The notes under the pieces: generated by a model
Database searches by the model: none
Seen by the model: only the letters and a program-made list of their open reading frames with translations
What the model was told of the DNA's origin: nothing
From: a virus
Lineage: Duplodnaviria > Caudoviricetes
DNA: 64,000 nucleotides
Virus record (IMG/VR): IMGVR_UViG_3300020577_013934
Coordinates: 13,623-77,622 of that record
Strand: one strand, 5' to 3'
Shown: one piece after another, positions 24,446-34,821 of the stretch
Numbering within the stretch: position 1 is the first letter of the stretch
Layout of the letters: every line of letters starts with the position of its first letter
Program-made: the position numbers and the translations under genes

Positions 24446-26230
24446 CTACGTGCAGCTTGCATCAGGTTCGCCGGGGGGTCGAGGCTGCATGTCGGAGCCG
24501 AACGCGACGGGGTCGAGCTGCGCGGCGACCGCCGCCTCCGCCTCCGCGAGCGCCGTCTGGATCGAGTCGATGCCGGCCAGCGCGTCGTTCGACGACGGCG
24601 GCCCGAACAACCCCTGGAGCATCGCGAACGCCGCCGCGATGGGCGCTGGGTCGGGCCCGACGCAGAGCAACACGACGCCCGTCACGTACTCGTCGCCGGT
24701 GTCGAACGACGGGCGATTCGCGTCGCTCGTGTCGTCCATCGTCAGGACCACGTCCGAGAGGAACGAGCCGACGCCGCCGCGCCCCTGGCGGATCGTCGCG
24801 AAGACGTCGGCGTCGGGCGTCGCGAAGATCGCCTGGAGCTGGGACAGGTACCCGTTGATCTCGGAGATCTGCCGCGACAGCCGGTCGACCTCGCGCCCGA
24901 GCAGGTCGAGGTACGCGTTGTTGCGCTCGTTGAGGTTGCGCGACGCGACGCCGAGCGACGCGAGGTTTTCGAGCGCGCGGTCGAGCAGGCGTTCGAGGCC
25001 CGGGAGGAGCGTCGCCACCGACGGCGTGCGCGCCCAGTCCGGCGCGACGCCCATGCGCGCGTCGGTGAGCTGCGATCGCGAGGTGGGCCGGCGCCACTCG
25101 GCGCACGACGAGAGCATGTTGTAGGGGTTGTTCACCGTCGTCACGGCGTCGGTGCGGGGCGAGCCGCCGGGGCGGTTGCGTGGCGGCGCGGGCGACGCGC
25201 CCTCGACGCCGGCCGGGGCCTCGGTCCGCGACTTGAACGCGACGTGGTAGAAGTACGACTGACCGGCGGTCTGCTCGCTCGTGTCGATGAAGCGGTTGAG
25301 CACGCCGTCGTACGGCGCGACCTTCAGCACGCGCGCGCCGAAGCGCCCCGTCTGACCCTCGCGCAGGTTCACGTCGTCGAACAGGTCGCGCACCTGCGTC
25401 GCGGTCTTGGCGCGGAAGTCCGTCGAGCGGATGATCGCGTACTCCGTCGGCACGACGCGCGCGCCGTCGTAGCTGAGCAGCGCGACCGACTGCGGCACGC
25501 GCTCCCACTCCAGCACCGGGAAGTAACCGCGCCCGGATGGCCCGACGCGCAGCCCGCGCGGCACGAAGTCCGAGACGCCTCGGCTGGCGCTGACGCGGTT
25601 CGCGCTGCGCGTCGTCGAGAACAACCGGTCGAAGAACGTGGCCGCGCTCAGCAGGCTGGTCACGTCGGTCGCGCCCGCGACGAGCAGCGAGTAGGCCCAG
25701 TAGCTCGCGGCGTCGAACTTCGGGCGGTTGCGGTCGCCCGGGTCGTAGAGCGCCTCGGCGATCGTCTTGACGAAGTAGGCGTTGCCGCCGAGGAACAGGT
25801 CGTCGGGGTTGAAGATCTGCGCGAACGACGGGCTCTGGCGCACGCGCGCGGCTTCGCCCGCCGGCAAGCCGTTGAGCAGGTTCTGCTGCGGCACCTGCAC
25901 GAAGTTCGAGCCGGGCTCGTCGGGGTTGTTCGGTCGGCTCGCGAGCGCGACGAGGCCCTTCTTCGGCAGCGGCACGACCAGTACGTAGACGCCCGTCGTG
26001 TCGAGCAGCTCGTTCACGAACGTCGTGATCGTCGCGACGGCCGCCTGGATCGCCGCGTTGACCAGCCGCACGCGGTCTCCCTCCTCGGTCTGCACGAGGG
26101 CCTGCGTCACGCGCGCCTGGGTCTGCACGAGGGTCAGCGCGTTCTTTACGGCGTCAAGACCCGTTCCGATCGCCTGCGCGATCGTCTGCACGGCGGGCGG
26201 AAGGGTCAGGTTCAGGCTCTGCCACGGCAT
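24446..26230 (-). CDS. Putative virion/baseplate protein
   Basis: 594-aa GC3-rich ORF at the distal end of the tail block; start re-assigned to MPWQSL. Confidence 0.55.
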   Translation of the reverse strand: MPWQSLNLTLPPAVQTIAQAIGTGLDAVKNALTLVQTQARVTQALVQTEEGDRVRLVNAAIQAAVATITTFVNELLDTTGVYVLVVPLPKKGLVALASRPNNPDEPGSNFVQVPQQNLLNGLPAGEAARVRQSPSFAQIFNPDDLFLGGNAYFVKTIAEALYDPGDRNRPKFDAASYWAYSLLVAGATDVTSLLSAATFFDRLFSTTRSANRVSASRGVSDFVPRGLRVGPSGRGYFPVLEWERVPQSVALLSYDGARVVPTEYAIIRSTDFRAKTATQVRDLFDDVNLREGQTGRFGARVLKVAPYDGVLNRFIDTSEQTAGQSYFYHVAFKSRTEAPAGVEGASPAPPRNRPGGSPRTDAVTTVNNPYNMLSSCAEWRRPTSRSQLTDARMGVAPDWARTPSVATLLPGLERLLDRALENLASLGVASRNLNERNNAYLDLLGREVDRLSRQISEINGYLSQLQAIFATPDADVFATIRQGRGGVGSFLSDVVLTMDDTSDANRPSFDTGDEYVTGVVLLCVGPDPAPIAAAFAMLQGLFGPPSSNDALAGIDSIQTALAEAEAAVAAQLDPVAFGSDMQPRPPGEPDASCT

Positions 26231-26378
26231 CGGTCGGTTCCTTCGGTGGGCTCTGGGTCGCAAGCAAGCGGCGCGCCTTCGCGAGCTTGTCCAAGGTCTG
26301 GATACGCAGTAGGGTGCTGAGCAGCTGCCCTACGTCGTGCGCACGCGCGACGAACTTCGGTTGTTTGGTCCACGTCAC
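26154..26378 (-). CDS. Possible small hypothetical protein
   Basis: GTG start downstream of a TAGACT -10 box; overlaps the next gene by about 75 nt. Confidence 0.3.
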   Translation of the reverse strand: MTWTKQPKFVARAHDVGQLLSTLLRIQTLDKLAKARRLLATQSPPKEPTDAVAEPEPDPSARRADDRAGDRNGS

Positions 26379-26395
26379 ACCAGGAGTCTATCACA

Positions 26396-27346
26396 ATGCG
26401 TCACAGCGAGATCGTCGCCACGAGCGGCACCGTCGTCCAGCTCATCGACCCGACCACGGGGATGTACATGGACGTCACCTTCCACCCCGGCCAGACGCAC
26501 CACGCGCTGCGCGTGATGATGAACGGCAAGCAGTTCGTTGCGCACCTCCGGCTCACCAAGATCGAGACCGACGACGAGCAGGACGTGGTCGCCACGCTCC
26601 GCGTGCCCGCCGCGCCGTCGGACGCGCCGCCGGTGCGCAAGGACGCCGCGCCGCACCCCGCGACTGTGCTCAAGCCCCAGGACCGCACGCGCGCCGGGGT
26701 CGAGGGGGCGCGCGCCAACCCGCTCGCGGCGCCGCACCCGGCGACCGTGCCCAACCCGAACGCGCCGCACCCCGCGACCGTGCTGCGCCGCGAGGACGTG
26801 ACGCGCGCGGGGATGGAGGCGATCCGCGTCTCGGACGTCAAGCCCCAGACGCGCGCCGAGCGGGCCGCGCAGCAGACGGCGCGCGCCGCCGTCGAGGCGG
26901 AGATCGAGCGCGAGAAGCACGAGCCCGTGATGTCCGACGAGGAGCTCGGCGCGCTGCGCACCGACGTCGACGCCCAGCGCCAGAAGAACGCGCAGCTCGC
27001 GGGCGGCGGCCAGATGGGCGCGCTCGAACCCCTCGTCGAGAGCGACGTGGACATGCACGCGCTCGACGAGCACCCGATGTCCGAGGAGGAGGTCGAGAAG
27101 CTGCACGCCGACGCCGCCCAGCTGCGCGACCGCAGCGAGGGCTCGCCGGAGGCCGGCGAGTCGAAGGTCGAGTTCGTCGAGGAGGACGTCGTGCAGGTCG
27201 AGGACGAGCTCGCCGTGGCGACGCAGCCCACCGAAGGCGCGGCCCCGGCCTCCGAGGCGCCCGCCGCGACGGCGGACGCTCCGAAGGCCCAGGAGAGCGG
27301 CAAGAAGGGTGGGAAGGGTGGGAAGGGCGGCGTCACGCTGCGCTGA
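26396..27346 (+). CDS. Acidic hypothetical protein with internal PHPATV repeats, antisense to the tail block
   Basis: GC3-rich on the plus strand; APHPATV three times; E/D-rich C-half. Confidence 0.65.
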   Translation: MRHSEIVATSGTVVQLIDPTTGMYMDVTFHPGQTHHALRVMMNGKQFVAHLRLTKIETDDEQDVVATLRVPAAPSDAPPVRKDAAPHPATVLKPQDRTRAGVEGARANPLAAPHPATVPNPNAPHPATVLRREDVTRAGMEAIRVSDVKPQTRAERAAQQTARAAVEAEIEREKHEPVMSDEELGALRTDVDAQRQKNAQLAGGGQMGALEPLVESDVDMHALDEHPMSEEEVEKLHADAAQLRDRSEGSPEAGESKVEFVEEDVVQVEDELAVATQPTEGAAPASEAPAATADAPKAQESGKKGGKGGKGGVTLR

Positions 27347-27358
27347 GCGCAGCGCGCG

Positions 27359-28639
27359 TCACGCGACGGCGACGATCGAGGCGCTCAGGACCTTGTAGTC
27401 CAGCAGCAGGTTCACTCCGACCACTTCACCGGCCACCACGCCCGCCGCGCCCAGGGCCGCGATCGTCGCCGTCGCCACGAGATCCGTGTCGGTGTGCAGC
27501 GTGATCGCGGCGGGGGCGCCACCGATCTGCGCCACGGCCTGCTCGCCCGCGCCGCACGCGAGGTACGTGCGCGTCACGTCGACGAGGTTGCCCGCGCCGA
27601 CCGCCGTCGCCCGCACGAGGGCCGACGCGGCGGCGTCGCCGTTGATAGCCGCTGCGACCTGCGCGAGCGTGCGGTTGGCCTGCGTGAAGTCCACGACGAT
27701 GCTGTTGCCCGTCGTGGTCACGGCCGCGCCGCCCTGGTTCATGCGGATGGTTACGTTGATCAGGTTGCCCTGATTGCCCGCGCGCTGCGCCTGGAGGCGC
27801 AGGCGGTTGGTCGGGTCGGTGCCGGCCACCAGGAGGTCGGCGAACGCCGAGCCCGTGCCGTCGCCGCCCACGAGGAAGCGGAACGGACGCTGGGGCACCG
27901 CGTTCGGACCGACGATCGCCTGCTTGTTGGCGAACGGCGCGACCTGCTGCGCGGCGATGACCGCCGTCGCGCTGATCCACACCGAGGCCAGGGCCGAGCC
28001 CGCGACCTGCGCGGCGATCGACGTGGTGTCCGAGGCGCCGGCCGCCGGCACGATCGTGATCAGCACCTTGCCGTCCGCGTACTCCTCGACGGTCACCGAG
28101 CCTGCGCCCGACGCCTCCTTGATCCAGACGCCGATGTTGTTGCCGCCGGGGCCCTTCTGGACCGCCGTGAACGTCATGAGCAGCTCGGGCTTGTTGTACA
28201 ACGGGGTCTTGCCCGCCGCGCTGAACGAGCCGAGGTTGACGCGCTCGCGGTAGATGTTGAGCACGGCCTTGAGGCCGGGGATCAGGTTTTCGCCGCGCAC
28301 CGTGAGCGCGGCGCCGCCGCCCACCGAGACCGAGCCCTCGATCTGATGGATGCGCGGGCGGTCGCCGGGCACCCACTCCATCGAGTAGGACAGCGCCGGG
28401 CGCGTGTGCAGCGGGATCACCACGCCGTTGGTGTCGAGCGCGGGAATGCGAGCCTGCGAGAGCTTGCGCAGCTGCGGACGGAGGCGGTCCCAGACCGCGC
28501 CCGAGCAGCGCACGATGACGGTATCGCCGCCGTCGACGGACAGGCGCGTGAACTGGGCCTCGGGCGTCGACGCCTCCAGTCCGAGCACGTCCTGCGTGAC
28601 GGACGGGGTGTTGGCGACGACGGTGATCTCTGCGTACAT
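27359..28639 (-). CDS. Virion structural protein with two sheath-insert-like modules
   Basis: AAAGGAGA RBS; repeated G.GN.I.V ... T..(Q)(I/V)AA modules. Confidence 0.6.
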   Translation of the reverse strand: MYAEITVVANTPSVTQDVLGLEASTPEAQFTRLSVDGGDTVIVRCSGAVWDRLRPQLRKLSQARIPALDTNGVVIPLHTRPALSYSMEWVPGDRPRIHQIEGSVSVGGGAALTVRGENLIPGLKAVLNIYRERVNLGSFSAAGKTPLYNKPELLMTFTAVQKGPGGNNIGVWIKEASGAGSVTVEEYADGKVLITIVPAAGASDTTSIAAQVAGSALASVWISATAVIAAQQVAPFANKQAIVGPNAVPQRPFRFLVGGDGTGSAFADLLVAGTDPTNRLRLQAQRAGNQGNLINVTIRMNQGGAAVTTTGNSIVVDFTQANRTLAQVAAAINGDAAASALVRATAVGAGNLVDVTRTYLACGAGEQAVAQIGGAPAAITLHTDTDLVATATIAALGAAGVVAGEVVGVNLLLDYKVLSASIVAVA

Positions 28640-28688
28640 GGCGAGTCTCCTTTCGACCCTGTCAGTAAGGTCGGCGCCGAAAGTATAG

Positions 28689-30155
28689 TCAGCCGACCTT
28701 CGTCGTCGTGCAGCGGGACGACGACAGGTCGAGCGTCAGCGGGTTCGCCAGCGGCGCCAGCGTCGGCGACGGCCCCACGCTCGGCGCGCCCGTGGGGTGG
28801 ACGTGCGTCGCGAGCAACCCGAAGAGGATGTCGAGCTGCGCCTTGAACGAGGCCATCGTCGCGCTCAGCTCCTCGTACTTCGTCGCGTGACTCCCCGCCG
28901 GCCCGAGCTGCACCGCGTCGGGCTGCGACGTGATGACCTTGAAGATCGACCCCTGGGGCGTGAACTCGATGTTGCCGCCGAGCGCCTGTACCGCGTAAAG
29001 CTGGCCGTCGCGCACCTCGAACCGCATCCGCCCGCGCGACACGACGGTGCGCGTGCCGGCCACGGTCTCGCTCGCGTTGCCGCCGACCTGCACGTCGCGG
29101 TCCTGGGTGACGTACGTCGAGTGCGAGCCGCCGACGTTCTCGGTCGCGTTGTTGCCCACGTCGTGCGTGGCGTTGGCCTCGTGGTGCACGCGCGCGTCGC
29201 CGCTGACGCGCTCGGTGCTCGCGCCCTCGACCTCGGTCTCGCGCCGGCCGTGGAAGCGCACCGGGTTCACGTCGCTCTCGCCGCCGCCGCCGTGCTGGTT
29301 GAGGCCGCCGGCCGCGAAGATCTCGCACGCGCCCGTCGCGCTCACGTGGAAGCGGAACAGCGCCTGCCCCTCGCGGTTCGTGACCTCCAGCTTGACCACG
29401 TCGCCGGTGTGGCCCACGTCGAGGCGGATCGTGTAGTTCTCCTCGTCGGCGCCGGTCTGCGTGATCTGGTCGGTGCCGCCGCGCCACACGAACGACGTCT
29501 TGCCGTCCTCGTTGAGGATGCGGCTCTCGCCCATCCACGAGATCATCCGGTACAGGCCCGTGACGATCTGCACGAGGTCGCTGTCGCCGAACGCCTGGAC
29601 CTTCGCCAGGGCGCCGCCGCGCAGCTGCGCTACCTTGCCGTGCAGCGCGGAGACGGACGCGCCGTCGGGGCTCGTGCCCACGAAGTCGCCGGGCAGGATG
29701 TCGCGAGGCTCGTCGGGCGCGCGCGAGTTCGCCCCCAGGTTGCGCTGGAGCACCGGGTCGTCGCCGCCGTGTCCCGTCACGTCCGTGATCGACTGCGGCG
29801 TCTCGGAGTCGACCGACGCGACCTCCGGGGGCAGCACGCCCATGATGTACGGCAGCCCGAGCGCCCACGTCACCACGACGATCGTGCGCGGGGGCAGCAG
29901 CGTCATGTCGCCGGGGTGGCTGCGGATGCGCCCCATCTGCATCGTGCGCCCGGAGTTGAGCGCGACGCGATAGACCTGTCCGCGCGCGTCGCAGCTGAGG
30001 ATCGTGCCGCGCTCGACGTGGGGCGTGCCCGCGCCCGTCGCGCCCGCGAGGGGGCCGGCCCCGCGTGGGTCGGCCATGCCCTGCGGGATGAGCGGGTCGG
30101 GCTGGGTGTTGAGACGGCCGGAGGGGCGGGCGGCAGGCGTGCGTCGGGCGACCAT
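28689..30155 (-). CDS. Baseplate spike (gp5/gpV/VgrG-like)
   Basis: N-terminal OB-fold-like segment, beta-helix repeats (VGNNATENVGGSHS, VGGNASETVAG), C-terminal HVHP metal-binding tip; start re-assigned to ATG 30155. Confidence 0.7.
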   Translation of the reverse strand: MVARRTPAARPSGRLNTQPDPLIPQGMADPRGAGPLAGATGAGTPHVERGTILSCDARGQVYRVALNSGRTMQMGRIRSHPGDMTLLPPRTIVVVTWALGLPYIMGVLPPEVASVDSETPQSITDVTGHGGDDPVLQRNLGANSRAPDEPRDILPGDFVGTSPDGASVSALHGKVAQLRGGALAKVQAFGDSDLVQIVTGLYRMISWMGESRILNEDGKTSFVWRGGTDQITQTGADEENYTIRLDVGHTGDVVKLEVTNREGQALFRFHVSATGACEIFAAGGLNQHGGGGESDVNPVRFHGRRETEVEGASTERVSGDARVHHEANATHDVGNNATENVGGSHSTYVTQDRDVQVGGNASETVAGTRTVVSRGRMRFEVRDGQLYAVQALGGNIEFTPQGSIFKVITSQPDAVQLGPAGSHATKYEELSATMASFKAQLDILFGLLATHVHPTGAPSVGPSPTLAPLANPLTLDLSSSRCTTTKVG

Positions 30156-30169
30156 GCCCGAAGCGTACG

Positions 30170-30955
30170 CTACAGCGCGTTGACCGTGGAGTCGCCGAGG
30201 CCCGTGTCGCCGAACGTGCCCATGCGGTTGTAGGTCGGCTCGGGGAAGACGTTGGGCGCGAGGCCGAGCACCGCGTCCATGAGCGCGCGGCCGACGGAGG
30301 GGACCTCCATCGCGTCCGACGCCTGATAGGGCAGGATGCGGTCGCAGAAGCCGCTGACCTGCTCCATCACCATCGCCTGTCCGGCGCCGATCTGCATGCC
30401 CCACGAGTTGATCATGCAGAGCTCCAGGTAGCAGCTCGCGACGAGCGTGCGGCTCTTGGTGCGCATGATCACGGCCATGCCGAACGGGATGTAGAACAAC
30501 TCCGAGTCCAGGTTGATGAAGAACTGGGAGTTCGGCGCGCCCTCGAACGCGGCCGGGTCGTCGAACTGGTCGGGGTTGAGTCCGCCGACCTCGACCGCGT
30601 TGTGGTACAGCGCGCGCAGCAGGTTGCGCCCGTTGATCATCACGCGCTGCACGTTCCACGACGACTGCGATTTGCCGCGCAGGAAGTACGAGCGGCCGGA
30701 GCCGATCGCCATCATGGGCGTCACGGGCGCCTGGGTCTGCACCCCAAACGCCGTAAACATCCCGAGCGCCATCAGCGTGCGGGGCGTGTTGCGCTCGGGG
30801 CGAGCGACCGAGCGACGCGCCGGACCGGCGAGCAGCAGCGTGTCGTCCGGGTGCGCGGCGTCGTACGTCGCGTTGTCGAGGATGCGCTCGACGTGGTTCC
30901 GCTGAAGGGACCACGTGGCCAGGGACTTGGTGACGCCGATCGGGTACGTGGGCAT
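30170..30955 (-). CDS. Probable tail tube protein
   Basis: Position after the sheath; 261 aa; beta-rich with a PMMAIGSGRSYF tube-like motif. Confidence 0.55.
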   Translation of the reverse strand: MPTYPIGVTKSLATWSLQRNHVERILDNATYDAAHPDDTLLLAGPARRSVARPERNTPRTLMALGMFTAFGVQTQAPVTPMMAIGSGRSYFLRGKSQSSWNVQRVMINGRNLLRALYHNAVEVGGLNPDQFDDPAAFEGAPNSQFFINLDSELFYIPFGMAVIMRTKSRTLVASCYLELCMINSWGMQIGAGQAMVMEQVSGFCDRILPYQASDAMEVPSVGRALMDAVLGLAPNVFPEPTYNRMGTFGDTGLGDSTVNAL

Positions 30956-30990
30956 GGGCTCTCTCTACTCCGTAGGATAGGGGTCCAGGT

Positions 30991-31527
30991 TCAGTGCCCG
31001 TGTGCCTTGGCGCGGTCGTAGAGGGCCGAGCCCATCAGGGCGAGCCCGACGAGGTCCTTCGCCGACGGGGCGCGGTCGGCGGGGTTCGTCGCGAGACTGT
31101 GCGCCGTCGTGGCGCCGAGCCCGAGCAGGCCCGCCGCGTCGAGCGCGGCGTGCAGGCGCGGGTGCGTGTGCGGGTCGGTGAGCTTGGCGCCGATGAAGCT
31201 GCCGTAGCTCGCGATGTCGGCGAGGTCGCTCGCGCCCAGGCGCGCCACCTTGACGGCGACGCGGTCGAGCGCGAGCGAGCCGGTCTTGGGCGCGCCGCCG
31301 AAGCCCATGAACGAGGCGCCCTGCCCGGCGCCCATGGCGCCGGCCACCGGCGCGACCACGCCGGTGACCTTGCCCGCCATGTTCATCGCCTTGCCCGCCT
31401 TGCCGGCCGACGAGAGCGCGCCCATGCCGAGCATGCCCTTGCCGAAGTTGCCGGCGCCGCGCGCGAGGCCCCCGCCCATGCGGGCGAGGGTCCCCCAGAA
31501 CGCGATCTTCTGCTTGGCGTTCATCAT
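30991..31527 (-). CDS. Gly/Ala-rich protein with K-x-A sites
   Basis: TGATG overlap with the sheath stop; KIA, KTG, KVA; Gly-zipper segments. Confidence 0.6.
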   Translation of the reverse strand: MMNAKQKIAFWGTLARMGGGLARGAGNFGKGMLGMGALSSAGKAGKAMNMAGKVTGVVAPVAGAMGAGQGASFMGFGGAPKTGSLALDRVAVKVARLGASDLADIASYGSFIGAKLTDPHTHPRLHAALDAAGLLGLGATTAHSLATNPADRAPSAKDLVGLALMGSALYDRAKAHGH

Positions 31528-34500
31528 CACACCACGAGGTGGAAGGCCACCGTGTTCAAAGGCTTCGGCACCTTGCCGTTGAAGAACAGCTCGATGCGGT
31601 CCGCCGAGAACTCGCTGACGCCGATCGAGGTGATCGAGCCTTCGAGCAGCGGCGGGCCGAAGCGGGCGACGCGACGACCCTTGAGCTGCTCGGCGCCGTC
31701 GGAGACCGCGCGCGAGATCTCGTTGATCGTCTCGGGCAGCACGTTGTACTGGCCGATGAACGTCTCCAGGATGTCCTGGAAGAACTTCGACAAGAAGTCG
31801 ACGTTCTTGACGACGGACAGCTCGCCGACCTCGATGGCCGTCGGGTCCGTCGTCAGCTGGTGGATGCACTCGGGCAGCGCGCCCGGCGTGCGCTGCACGC
31901 ACACGAACAGGCCGCCGTCCGAGAGGCGCGACAGCTGCGGCTCGCTGAAGTAGCCCTGCGCGTGCACCAGCTTGGTGAAGCCGATGAACGTGCCGTTGGT
32001 GAGACCGGCCTGGGGCGGGATGCCCGCGATCACGCCGCCGACCGCGCACGCGAGGTAGAAGCTCGGCTGGAGCCCCGCGAGCGTGCGCGTCGTCGGCACC
32101 GCGCGCGGCAGCGAGCCGTCGCGCAGGTCCGAGACCTCGACCTGATCAGGCCACATGATCGTCAGGCGCTTCGAGCGCACCGACTGTGCGATCGTCACGA
32201 GCGCGAGGATCTGGTCCTCCAGCGAGAGCGCCCGCAGGATGCGGTAGTTCTGCGCGTTGGGCGTCGTGTTGTCGATGTAGCGGTCCTGGAGGCCGGTCGC
32301 GAAGAAGTGCGGCAGCTCCTTCGCGACCGACCCGGTGTCGTCCTCGCCGTTCGCGATCAGCAGGCGGTTCTCGTTCTGGACGGTGCTGACCTTGTAGCTC
32401 AGCACGCGACCCTCGAACGCCGTCGGCCCGTAGTTGTTCGGGTCGAGCGGGAACTCCACGGTGTCGCCGGGGAGCACGCCGGCCGAGAGGAACGTCGCGC
32501 TGCCGTCCTCCAGGCGGTTGAACAGGTCGTCGTTGAGCGCGACCGTCGCGGTGCACGATCCGACCACCGGCACGACCGAGGTGTACGGCCGGCGCTCGGT
32601 CCACGCGAGCGCGCCGTTGTTCGCGTCGGGGATCACCGCGCCCGCGTTGACGACGTCCACCGAGTTGGCGTTGTTGAACGCCGCGATCAGGAACGTGCCG
32701 TTGTTGGCGCCCGAGGCCGCGCCGCTGATCGTCAGGTAGTTGCCGACGCTCAGCGCCGTCATCCCGGTCAGGCCCGTGACGCGCATGTTGCCCACGGCCG
32801 CGCCCGCGACGATGTTCGCCGCCGCGCCGGTCTGGCCCGCGATCGGGTCGCGCGTCGCCTGCGAGGACGGCTCCACGACCTGCCCGCCGCCCGCCTGCAC
32901 CGTCGCCAGCAGCAGGGCCGAGACGACGGGGTGGGCGTTTACGGCGTTTACGACCTGGGTGTGGGTGTGCGTCGTGCCGTCGACCGTCACGGTGATCGCG
33001 AAGCCGGCGATCGTGACCGCCACCGCCGGCAGGCCGGGGCTGGCCACGTACAGCACCGTGTACGGACCGCCGACCACCGTCGGGTTCTTCATCGCGTAGC
33101 GCACCGTGCCGAGCGTGCCGCCCGCGCCGGTCGACACGTCGACGCGCGCGAGGTTCGACACCTTGACGGTGCCGTCCGGGGCGCGGATCAGCAGCTCGAT
33201 GTCGCCCGCGACGGCGCCCGCCGAGTCGTCCCAGCGGGACGAGCCCGGCACCACCTCGAAGGCGCTCGGGTCACCCGGGTTCGGGTAGTCCTTCGAGCTG
33301 TTGACGTGGCTCACGGTGTGCGTGCCGCGACGGTTCTGCCAGTCCGAGGAGCTCGGCGTCAGACCGAACGTCACGGTGTCGCCCGGGAGCACCGCGCGCA
33401 CGCCGATCGACCCGGTGGAGACCGCCGCGATCGAGACCGTGCGGTAGCGGTTGGTGTTCACGCCCGTGGGCTGCTGCGCCACGCCCGAGATCGACCCCGA
33501 GTAGATCGTCTCGGTCGTCGGCAGCGGGATCGAGCCGAGCACGATGCGGAACTTCTGGATGACGCCGTTGGTCTGCGCGAAGTTCGGGTCCGCCATCTGG
33601 TCGAACTCGGCCTTGTACGCGGCGTGGACGTTGAGGTCCTGCGTCATCGGCACGAAGCAGTACAGGTCGCGCCGGTTCGACATCGCGCCGCGCGCGGAGG
33701 TGTGTCCGGCCGCGTCGTCGGTCGCGACGCCGAAGTAGTAGATCGGCACCGTGCCGCCGTTCTGGAGCGCGAGGAACGCGCCGACCGCGAGCGGGTTGCG
33801 CGCGTCGATCTTGCCGAGGCCGACCAGCGTCGAGACGCCGCCGACGACCCGGATGTCGTCGCTCGTGACCGAGCCGACCTCCTGGAGGTCCTGGCGCAGC
33901 GCGCGGTACGCGAGGTAGACCTCGGCGTACGACAGCGTGCGCGTCACCGTCGTCGTGGCCGGCGCCGGCACCGCGACCGTCGCGGCCGGGGTGAGCTGCA
34001 CCGACAGGCCGACGCCGCCCTTGATCACGAGCTTGTCCGAGCCCGGCTCGGGGAACGTGACGATCGAGTCGGTCGGATCGAGCAGCTCCTGCGTCGCGAG
34101 CGTGCGCTCGACGCGGATCTCGCCGTTGGCGTCGTAGGTCCACTGCCCCAGTCCCGCGCCCGAGTCCGGCAGCTGCTGCGTCAGGCGCAGCTTGTTCTCG
34201 TTGCCGGGAGCGACGAGGCCCGAGCCGTTCGGCTCGCCGACGCTCTGCACGACGCGCACGACCGTCTGCTCGACGCCCGCCTGGGACGACGTCATCACGA
34301 CGCGGTCGCCGGGCTGGATGCCGGCCGCCACGAAGTCGGTCGTCACGCCGCCCGTGATGGTCACGAGCGTGCGATCGGCCGTCGTGGTCGTGACGCTCCC
34401 GCCGAACACCGGCGCGACGCCCGCGCCGAGGTACGTCGACCCCAGCACGACGCGCGGCAGGCGGAGCACCGCCTTGACCGATGCGTGGTCGACCTTCGAC

Positions 34501-34766
34501 CCGGCGCTCTGCCCCGGGTACCCGCCGTCGAGCACCGTGACGGCGTCGCTTCCCGTCGCGGGCGGCTGGTAGCCGGGGTACGTGCCGTTGCCGGCGCGCG
34601 CCTCCAGCTGCCCGTACGTCGACGGCAGCAGGATCGTCGCCGCGTCGTCCGGGTAGTCGAACAGGTCGTAGGCCGGACCCACGACGATGGTGTTGAGGTC
34701 GGGGGTGTTCGGCGTCGCCTGCGGCGACGCGAGCTCCTGGAAGATCAGAACGAGGGGCCGTGCCAT
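31527..34766 (-). CDS. Contractile tail sheath protein
   Basis: 1079 aa; C-terminal HQLTTD...ELSVVKNVDFLSK...GQYNV and VPKPLNTV sheath-type end; GGAGAGG RBS. Confidence 0.82.
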   Translation of the reverse strand: MARPLVLIFQELASPQATPNTPDLNTIVVGPAYDLFDYPDDAATILLPSTYGQLEARAGNGTYPGYQPPATGSDAVTVLDGGYPGQSAGSKVDHASVKAVLRLPRVVLGSTYLGAGVAPVFGGSVTTTTADRTLVTITGGVTTDFVAAGIQPGDRVVMTSSQAGVEQTVVRVVQSVGEPNGSGLVAPGNENKLRLTQQLPDSGAGLGQWTYDANGEIRVERTLATQELLDPTDSIVTFPEPGSDKLVIKGGVGLSVQLTPAATVAVPAPATTTVTRTLSYAEVYLAYRALRQDLQEVGSVTSDDIRVVGGVSTLVGLGKIDARNPLAVGAFLALQNGGTVPIYYFGVATDDAAGHTSARGAMSNRRDLYCFVPMTQDLNVHAAYKAEFDQMADPNFAQTNGVIQKFRIVLGSIPLPTTETIYSGSISGVAQQPTGVNTNRYRTVSIAAVSTGSIGVRAVLPGDTVTFGLTPSSSDWQNRRGTHTVSHVNSSKDYPNPGDPSAFEVVPGSSRWDDSAGAVAGDIELLIRAPDGTVKVSNLARVDVSTGAGGTLGTVRYAMKNPTVVGGPYTVLYVASPGLPAVAVTIAGFAITVTVDGTTHTHTQVVNAVNAHPVVSALLLATVQAGGGQVVEPSSQATRDPIAGQTGAAANIVAGAAVGNMRVTGLTGMTALSVGNYLTISGAASGANNGTFLIAAFNNANSVDVVNAGAVIPDANNGALAWTERRPYTSVVPVVGSCTATVALNDDLFNRLEDGSATFLSAGVLPGDTVEFPLDPNNYGPTAFEGRVLSYKVSTVQNENRLLIANGEDDTGSVAKELPHFFATGLQDRYIDNTTPNAQNYRILRALSLEDQILALVTIAQSVRSKRLTIMWPDQVEVSDLRDGSLPRAVPTTRTLAGLQPSFYLACAVGGVIAGIPPQAGLTNGTFIGFTKLVHAQGYFSEPQLSRLSDGGLFVCVQRTPGALPECIHQLTTDPTAIEVGELSVVKNVDFLSKFFQDILETFIGQYNVLPETINEISRAVSDGAEQLKGRRVARFGPPLLEGSITSIGVSEFSADRIELFFNGKVPKPLNTVAFHLVV

Positions 34767-34821
34767 GTGGTGTCCTCTCCGGTGTCGGCTGAAAGATAGG
34801 ATCTCTTTACGGCGTGAGGTT

